Source: Candidatus Woesearchaeota archaeon
Lineage (GTDB): Archaea > Nanobdellota > Nanobdellia > Woesearchaeales > JACRKL01
Direction of reading: 5' to 3'
DNA length: 18,449 bases
Assembly: GCA_016219795.1 (NCBI GenBank)
Contig: JACRKK010000105.1
Location: 1-18,449 of the forward strand
The notes below the pieces were generated by a model. The model did not search any database and was not told where the DNA came from. It saw only the letters and a list, made by a program, of their open reading frames with translations. Of the stretch, positions 13,151-18,449 are shown in pieces (positions within the stretch are counted from its first letter, which is position 1; every line of letters starts with the position of its first letter). A program made the position numbers and the translations under genes.

Positions 13151-15045
13151 GTAAAATAATCACGGAAATTATGAAGTTTTTGCAAGAAGATAAGATTACT
13201 GACGTGTGTTTTGAAGGAGCAAACATTGTCTTGTACACCAAAGACACTGATTTCTTCTTAAATGACCAAGGCGTCATCAAACAGATTGTCAGTGATATCA
13301 AAAAGAGGGTTGAGCTTAGACCTGATCCATCTATTACTATGGAATCTGAAGCAGCAGAGAAGATCATTAGGCAGGTTATTCCTGAGGAAGCAACCATTGC
13401 AAATATTACTTTTGATCCCCAGCGTTCTCGTGTCATTATTGAGGCAGAAAAGCCAGGGCTTGCCATAGGCAAGCAGGGTGAGCTTCTGCGTGAAATCAAG
13501 GCAAAGACGACATGGGTGCCTATTGTCAAGAGGACTCCAGTCATCCGCTCCCAGCTTATTGAGAACATCCGGGCAGTTCTGTACCAGAACTCAGACTACC
13601 GACGGAAATTTCTTAACAAAACCGGACATCGTGTCTACGACGGATGGATCCGTGGTAAAAAGAATGAATGGGTACGGCTGACTTATCTTGGATCCGGGCG
13701 GCAGGTTGGACGTTCCTGCATGCTTCTGCAGACTCCTGAATCTAGAATTCTTCTAGATTGCGGCATTGATCCCGCCCACACCATGGATGAGACTGAGGCA
13801 TTTCCCTATCTTGAGGCTCCTGAGTTTAAGGTCGATGAGTTGGATGCTGTCATAGTAAGCCACGCCCACCTTGACCACTGCGGTCTTATTCCTTACCTCT
13901 TTAAGTTTGGCTACAAAGGCCCGATTTATTGCACTGCTCCTACACGTGATGTCATGGCACTTTTGCAGCTTGATTTTGTTAAAATCATGAAGAATGCAGG
14001 CAAAGACCCGCTCTATACATCTGATGAAATCAGGGAAATGGTCAAACACACCATCTGCCTGAATTTTGAGGAAGTTACAGATATTACACCTGACGTGCGC
14101 ATCACTTTCTACAATTCAGGCCATATTATTGGAAGCGCGATGGTGCATCTGCATATCGGCAACGGGCTCCATAACCTGTTGTATGGTGCAGATATGAAAT
14201 ATGGCAGGACAAAGCTACTTGATCCAGCAATTACTGACTTTCCAAGGCTTGAATCTCTTATGCTGGAGAGTACTTATGGCGGCAAAGATAACATCACCCA
14301 GTCAAGGGAAGAATCAGAAAAGCAGTTGGTAGATGCAGTGAATGCCACCCTTGCCAACAAGGGCAAGGTTATTATCCCGGTACTTGGAGTAGGACGGTCG
14401 CAGGAAATCATGCTTATTTTAGAAGAGCATATGCGAACCGGTGCAATGGAAAAGATCCCCGTTTTCATCGATGGAATGGTGTGGGATGTCACAGCAATCC
14501 ATACTGCTTATCCTGAATTTCTGAATAACCAGATCCGAAAGCAGATATTCCATAAAAACCAAAATCCTTTCCTTTCTGATATTTTTAAGAGGGTAGGAAG
14601 CCCCAAAGAGCGAAGAGAAGTTATTGAAGAAGCAGGGTCTTGTGTCATTGTTGCGACATCCGGTATGCTTGTGGGAGGAGCATCTGTCCAGTATTTTAAA
14701 GAACTCTGTGATAATCCTCACAACTGCATTATCTTTGTAAGCTATCAGGGAGAAGGTTCCCTTGGCAGGCGAGTGCAGCGCGGTGAAAAAGAGATTATCA
14801 ACCCTGACAGTCCCAAGGATGTCTTACGGGTGAAGATGCAGGTTGCAACGGTTGAAGGATTAAGCGGCCACTCAGGGCGAAGAGAATTGATGAATTTTGT
14901 CTATCGCTGTACTCCGCGGCCAAAGAAAATCATCGTAAACCACGGAGAAGTCTCACGATGCTTAGACCTTGCAAGTTCTATCCATAAAATGTATCGTATT
15001 GAGACCGCTGCGCCTAGGAATCTTGAGACGATTAGGTTGGTTTGA
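13147..15045 (+). CDS. aCPSF1: aCPSF1/FttA: KH-domain + metallo-beta-lactamase + beta-CASP ribonuclease (archaeal transcription termination/RNA processing factor)
   Basis: The N-terminal KH region contains GLAIGKQGELLREI. HAHLDHCG is the HxHxDH motif, and beta-CASP motifs follow. 632 aa is the typical length, and the position next to psmB is common in archaea. Confidence 0.93.
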   Translation: MSKIITEIMKFLQEDKITDVCFEGANIVLYTKDTDFFLNDQGVIKQIVSDIKKRVELRPDPSITMESEAAEKIIRQVIPEEATIANITFDPQRSRVIIEAEKPGLAIGKQGELLREIKAKTTWVPIVKRTPVIRSQLIENIRAVLYQNSDYRRKFLNKTGHRVYDGWIRGKKNEWVRLTYLGSGRQVGRSCMLLQTPESRILLDCGIDPAHTMDETEAFPYLEAPEFKVDELDAVIVSHAHLDHCGLIPYLFKFGYKGPIYCTAPTRDVMALLQLDFVKIMKNAGKDPLYTSDEIREMVKHTICLNFEEVTDITPDVRITFYNSGHIIGSAMVHLHIGNGLHNLLYGADMKYGRTKLLDPAITDFPRLESLMLESTYGGKDNITQSREESEKQLVDAVNATLANKGKVIIPVLGVGRSQEIMLILEEHMRTGAMEKIPVFIDGMVWDVTAIHTAYPEFLNNQIRKQIFHKNQNPFLSDIFKRVGSPKERREVIEEAGSCVIVATSGMLVGGASVQYFKELCDNPHNCIIFVSYQGEGSLGRRVQRGEKEIINPDSPKDVLRVKMQVATVEGLSGHSGRRELMNFVYRCTPRPKKIIVNHGEVSRCLDLASSIHKMYRIETAAPRNLETIRLV

Positions 15046-15439
15046 TTGCTGAAAAATCCAGCCATTTCTTGTCCAGCAATGCAATTTTGTCAGCTTTTTT
15101 GAATATCTTTCCGTAGTCTGTTTCTGGAGTCCCGCTGCTTCTATGATGTAAAATACAATCTCTTAACTCATTCTTTAAAGAGATAAACTGAGAGTTCTCG
15201 CTTAAGAATTCATCAAGGTACTCAAGGCTGATGATATGGTGTGTTTCTTTATTCTGCTGAATCCCTATATCATGGATCCATCCAGCTATAACAAAAACCT
15301 TCGTATCCAATGCTGTACCTTTTGCCATAGCTAGGCAGGCGTCAATAACACATTGAGAATGAATTATGATTCTTTCATTTCCCCAATGCCTATTGAAAAA
15401 GTCTTCTCCAAGTTTATTTAAGGGTTGGTTTCTTTTCAT
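15032..15439 (-). CDS. HD-domain phosphohydrolase superfamily protein (135 aa)
   Basis: H...HD...H...D pattern: IIIHSQCV, GWIHDIG, HHII, ILHHR and KKADKI. Its 3' end overlaps the aCPSF1 3' end by 14 nt (convergent). Confidence 0.7.
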   Translation of the reverse strand: MKRNQPLNKLGEDFFNRHWGNERIIIHSQCVIDACLAMAKGTALDTKVFVIAGWIHDIGIQQNKETHHIISLEYLDEFLSENSQFISLKNELRDCILHHRSSGTPETDYGKIFKKADKIALLDKKWLDFSAIKPT

Positions 15440-15505
15440 GGGTTATAATAAATATTCAAAGTAGTTAATAAAAATTGTTTGGTCTTCCATTATACCTACG
15501 CTACT

Positions 15506-15760
15506 TTAAAGGTAACTCTCAATTGTTCTGGTTACCGGATTATACCCACAAACAGGTACAGGCCCCTGAAATGGTGCAGACATAAATGCAGTATTGTTAT
15601 TGACATGCAGTCCATTACAGTAGATTCCTTCAGCATTCAATACTTCTTTGGCAGTTCTCAGAAGCTGCCTGTCAGACATTTCTGTCTTTGGTCTGTAGGT
15701 AGGCACCCTCATATTTGCTCCACCCTGCGTTGCACATTCAACCATTTTTATCAGCCCCAC
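15506..15760 (-). CDS. Hypothetical protein. The frame stays open to 15892 without a canonical start, so this may be 5'-degraded or may use a non-canonical start
   Basis: The minus-strand translation looks protein-like (…IYPKTWKDSYIIRAFFQNTGKTVGLIKMVECATQGGANMRVPTYRPKTEMSDRQLLRTAKEVLNAEGIY…). The first canonical starts are GTG 15760 and ATG 15745. The competing plus-strand ORF looks like antisense noise. Confidence 0.4.
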   Translation of the reverse strand: MGLIKMVECATQGGANMRVPTYRPKTEMSDRQLLRTAKEVLNAEGIYCNGLHVNNNTAFMSAPFQGPVPVCGYNPVTRTIESYL

Positions 15761-15940
15761 CGTTTTTCCGGTATTCTGGAAGAATGCCCGGATGATATAT
15801 GAATCTTTCCAGGTTTTTGGGTAAATAGTTACCCAACTAAAAATATCGTAATTATAGTTACTACATAGGTTTATAAATAGGGGCGCATTACCTTAGGGTA
15901 GTCATTAAAAGAGGTGTCAAAACAAGGGAAGGTGACACCT

Positions 15941-16615
15941 ATGAGCCATAGCATACGAGGATATGTAGCAAATTACATTGAGGGGGACCCCACCATCCAG
16001 GTTGGGATCCAGCGGGGGCTTATTAGCAGCAGGATTCTTACTAAGCATATTCTTGAAGAGGAAAAATCATTTAAGGGATCTTTTGAGGACGTACGAAATG
16101 CGGTGAGGGGCTATGCTGAAGATTGTTCCCACAAGGTTGATGTCAAAAAGATCTACCACGCTTTCAAGAATTGCGCACTTGATATCCAAAGCAAGCTTGC
16201 CAATGTTGAAATCAACAAGCAAAAGTCTCTTAAAGACCTTTTTCCTATCCTGCAGGAGCTCACCCGGGGCCAGGAATCTTTTACCCGGATGCTTAACAAC
16301 GCTAATTCTTGCATGTTCATTATAAAAGAATCAGATATCCCCAAACTGTCGTCTCATCTTGGAAAAGAGAGCATACTTGGGGTGCAGAACAATCTCTGTG
16401 CCATAACGCTGACATTACATCCCAGCGTCAAGCAGACGCCAGGCATTTATTTTCTGATTATGGGACAAATCGCACTCCATAATATCAACGTTTTTGATAT
16501 TGCTTCTTACCAGAGTGAGTTTACGGTCTATGTTGACCAGAATGACGCTGCAAAGGCATACCAGTCCCTCTGGAGACTCTGCGAATACCAAAAAAAATTC
16601 TGCATCGTTGGGTAG
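15941..16615 (+). CDS. Putative ACT-domain-containing regulatory protein with an N-terminal HTH-like segment
   Basis: The C-terminal ITLTLHPSVKQTPGIYFLIMGQIALHNINVFDIASYQSEFTVYVDQNDAAKAYQSL has a beta-alpha-beta-beta-alpha-beta ACT-like pattern. AGGTGA lies 5 nt upstream of ATG 15941. The track start GTG 15914 lacks such a site. Confidence 0.5.
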   Translation: MSHSIRGYVANYIEGDPTIQVGIQRGLISSRILTKHILEEEKSFKGSFEDVRNAVRGYAEDCSHKVDVKKIYHAFKNCALDIQSKLANVEINKQKSLKDLFPILQELTRGQESFTRMLNNANSCMFIIKESDIPKLSSHLGKESILGVQNNLCAITLTLHPSVKQTPGIYFLIMGQIALHNINVFDIASYQSEFTVYVDQNDAAKAYQSLWRLCEYQKKFCIVG

Positions 16616-16700
16616 AATATTACCAAAAATGTGGGTAACTCTTAAATATGATTCTTAAAACTCTAAAGACCATTCCGGAAAAGTCCGGGGGGTGATTTTA

Positions 16701-17159
16701 GTGTTGCCACAAAAAGATATATTGATCTTAAGGGAATTACGCCAGAATGCGCGTGAGACATTAACTAATATGAGCAAGCACACAAAGATACCTGTATCTA
16801 CATTGTATGACCGGCTCCAAATGCGTGAGAAAGACATCATACGTAAGCACACAGCTATTCTTGATTTTGCATACCTTGGGTACTCCACCCGGGCAAATGT
16901 CTTCTTAAGTGTAGAGAAGGAGTTTAGGGATGCGCTTAAGCGTGAATTGCTGAAGAGCCGTCATGTAAATTCCTTATTCAAGATCAATAACGGCTATGAT
17001 TTCCTGATGGAATGTATATTCCATCAGATGAAAGAACTGGAGGACTTTCTTGAAGAGCTTGAGACCCAATATCGCCTTAAGGATATCAAGGTGCACTATA
17101 TTGTTGAGGACATAAAACGTGAGGCGTTTATGAGCGAGGCAGTAGATGCAGAGGCATGA
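16701..17159 (+). CDS. Lrp/AsnC-family transcriptional regulator
   Basis: The N-terminal HTH is DILILRELRQNARETLTNMSKHTKIPVSTLYDRLQ. The C-terminal RAM/AsnC_trans_reg-like half is STRANVFLSV...NGYDFLMECIF...ELEDFLEEL. GGGGGGTGA ends 5 nt before GTG 16701. GTG 16692 and TTG 16704 are alternative starts. Confidence 0.85.
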   Translation: MLPQKDILILRELRQNARETLTNMSKHTKIPVSTLYDRLQMREKDIIRKHTAILDFAYLGYSTRANVFLSVEKEFRDALKRELLKSRHVNSLFKINNGYDFLMECIFHQMKELEDFLEELETQYRLKDIKVHYIVEDIKREAFMSEAVDAEA

Positions 17160-17240
17160 AGAAAGATTTGTGCTCTCCATCATTGCCTATATTCTTACAA
17201 AACGGAAGATGACTATTATCCTAAATCTGCGGGAAGCACT

Positions 17241-17651
17241 TTAGTTTGCTTTTATGGTTTTCCCGTCTGGGAAGGTGATGCAGTTAAGCCAGAAGGTTGG
17301 GCCTTGGCTCCAGGGCCCGCTGCCAGTCTGCAACGGATTATACGTGCCACTAAAGGTGAGATGTTGTCCTTCGTATTCCTTGAGAAGGTGTTTTATATCT
17401 CTAACTTCTATGTTTGTAGCTATGTCTCTTGTCTTAAATGAGAAGAGAGGTGCATGTGGATTTAGTGGCTGTACAGTTATATAAACCGCATTAGCATCAC
17501 TACCTAAATAATGGTAACTGTTTGTAGTATACGCAAAATTTTGCGGTTGTATCTCTGTAATCATCTTCCAGAAGAAAGGAGACTGAGGCACACCACTTCC
17601 TGGGATATCATAATCGGAGAGGATGCATAGTTTCCCTAACAAAGAATCCAT
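17241..17651 (-). CDS. Hypothetical 136-aa protein with no recognisable family, probably co-transcribed with the upstream DUF2156-like gene
   Basis: A clean ORF 27 nt downstream of the 17679 stop on the same strand. It has no signal peptide or TM segment, and its composition is protein-like. Confidence 0.55.
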   Translation of the reverse strand: MDSLLGKLCILSDYDIPGSGVPQSPFFWKMITEIQPQNFAYTTNSYHYLGSDANAVYITVQPLNPHAPLFSFKTRDIATNIEVRDIKHLLKEYEGQHLTFSGTYNPLQTGSGPWSQGPTFWLNCITFPDGKTIKAN

Positions 17652-17678
17652 TTTATCTATTGCTTGTTCAGTGGTATG

Positions 17679-18449
17679 TTAGGTGTATCCTATAATCCCT
17701 CCCATAACAAGCGCAGCAGCTGTCACATATGGTATCCATTGCTTTGCAAGATGGCGTGTAATTCTTTCTCTAGTATTTTCTGGTTTGTAGGCTAGCCAAT
17801 AGTGTTGCTTTGACTCTAGCGAAGGATTAAACATTTTCTTGTAGTGAGCAAGGCTTTCTGTTTCACTTCCCCCAAAATTTGCATATCTTATCCCCTTATC
17901 TACCATTTCCCTGAAAAGCTGCATGTACACATATTCAGAAAGCCCATCTATTCTGTCCACCAGAAGATGGGCATTAAGGGCAACAGTCTCATCCCCTATT
18001 CTTTCTGCCATGCAGAAACCAATGGGTTTTCCGTCAAATAGAACTAATTTTGCGAAATAATCCTTTCCTTGTGTTCCTGCTGGAGGGTGCTGGATCATGT
18101 TATAGTAGTCGTGTGGATCTGAGAACAACTTTTTCCCTGGCATCTCAAAAAAGGTATCAACAAGCTGCTTTGCCAATGCCATATCTTCCTGTAAATTGTA
18201 ATCCTTGATGGTGATTCTCTCTTTTACGTTTTCTATTGCATTTAATTTAGTTTGTAATTGATGCATGCCTGGCCTTTTTTTATCTATATCTCTAAGGAGC
18301 ACTTCGATGTTCACAATATGTTCCGGAAAATTATCATCCTCGCTGTGGTTGACTTGTTTTGATGAGAGGGGTGCATTTGACCAGGGATACTCATGGCTTC
18401 TGACGTATGTTCCCTTTTCTTGGAATGCAGTTACCTGCCAGTCCTCCAT
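17679..18449 (-). CDS. GNAT-fold DUF2156 / MprF C-terminal (lysyl-phosphatidylglycerol synthase)-like transferase with a C-terminal TM tail anchor. The 5' end lies at the window edge and the gene may be incomplete
   Basis: GKPIGFCMAE...ALNAHLLVDRIDGLSEYVYMQLF...GIRYANFGGSETESLAHYKKMFNP....Y resembles the ...NLG....GL..FK.KF.P signature of the family. The last 20 residues, WIPYVTAAALVMGGIIGYT, are hydrophobic. Confidence 0.55.
   Translation of the reverse strand: MEDWQVTAFQEKGTYVRSHEYPWSNAPLSSKQVNHSEDDNFPEHIVNIEVLLRDIDKKRPGMHQLQTKLNAIENVKERITIKDYNLQEDMALAKQLVDTFFEMPGKKLFSDPHDYYNMIQHPPAGTQGKDYFAKLVLFDGKPIGFCMAERIGDETVALNAHLLVDRIDGLSEYVYMQLFREMVDKGIRYANFGGSETESLAHYKKMFNPSLESKQHYWLAYKPENTRERITRHLAKQWIPYVTAAALVMGGIIGYT

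Noticed and set aside
15479-15802. A 107-aa plus-strand ORF
   Set aside because: Its Cys/His/Arg-rich composition is typical of an antisense frame. The opposite strand gives a more protein-like translation.
1-18449. A window-wide check for a CRISPR array, transposase, integrase, toxin-antitoxin or known defence genes
   Set aside because: No spaced direct repeats, no recombinase or nuclease signatures, and no recognisable defence-system domain combinations were seen in any frame.

Overview
This is a compact archaeal chromosomal fragment, mostly housekeeping genes. The archaeal assignment rests on archaeal/eukaryotic-type ribosomal proteins (L44e, S19e, L39e, L31e), a PDCD5-like DNA-binding protein, proteasome beta subunit, the aCPSF1/FttA KH + beta-CASP ribonuclease, Gins51 and CDP-archaeol synthase. 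The window also holds a DEAD-box helicase, an Obg-like GTPase with a TGS domain, tRNA-Ser(CGA) and a YqaA/DedA-like membrane protein. Four translationally coupled genes form an ether-lipid head-group operon (psd-pssA-DUF212-carS). A 939-aa secreted surface protein next to rpl44e combines a beta-helix, two cadherin-like repeats and a PGF-pre-PGF domain, and carries about 40 N-x-S/T sequons by my manual count. The last 3.4 kb looks more accessory: an HD-domain protein, an ORF with no canonical start, an ACT-like protein, an Lrp/AsnC regulator, an orphan 136-aa protein and a tail-anchored DUF2156/MprF-C-terminal-like transferase. Many first genes look leaderless, with an AT-rich TATA box centred about 25-27 nt upstream of the ATG. 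That geometry lets several starts in the ORF track be corrected. I see no CRISPR array, transposase, integrase or recognisable defence system. The least explained sequence is the 250 nt downstream of tRNA-Ser, which contains tRNA-derived inverted and direct repeats followed by two nested hairpins that share a UAUU loop. Other items worth a second look are the DUF212 gene inside the lipid operon, a stand-alone two-CW cysteine-rich protein, two small ORFs below the track cutoff, a 6-codon uORF overlapping the aCPSF1 start, and the DUF2156-like/orphan pair. All family calls come from motifs read by eye in the translations; no database search was run.
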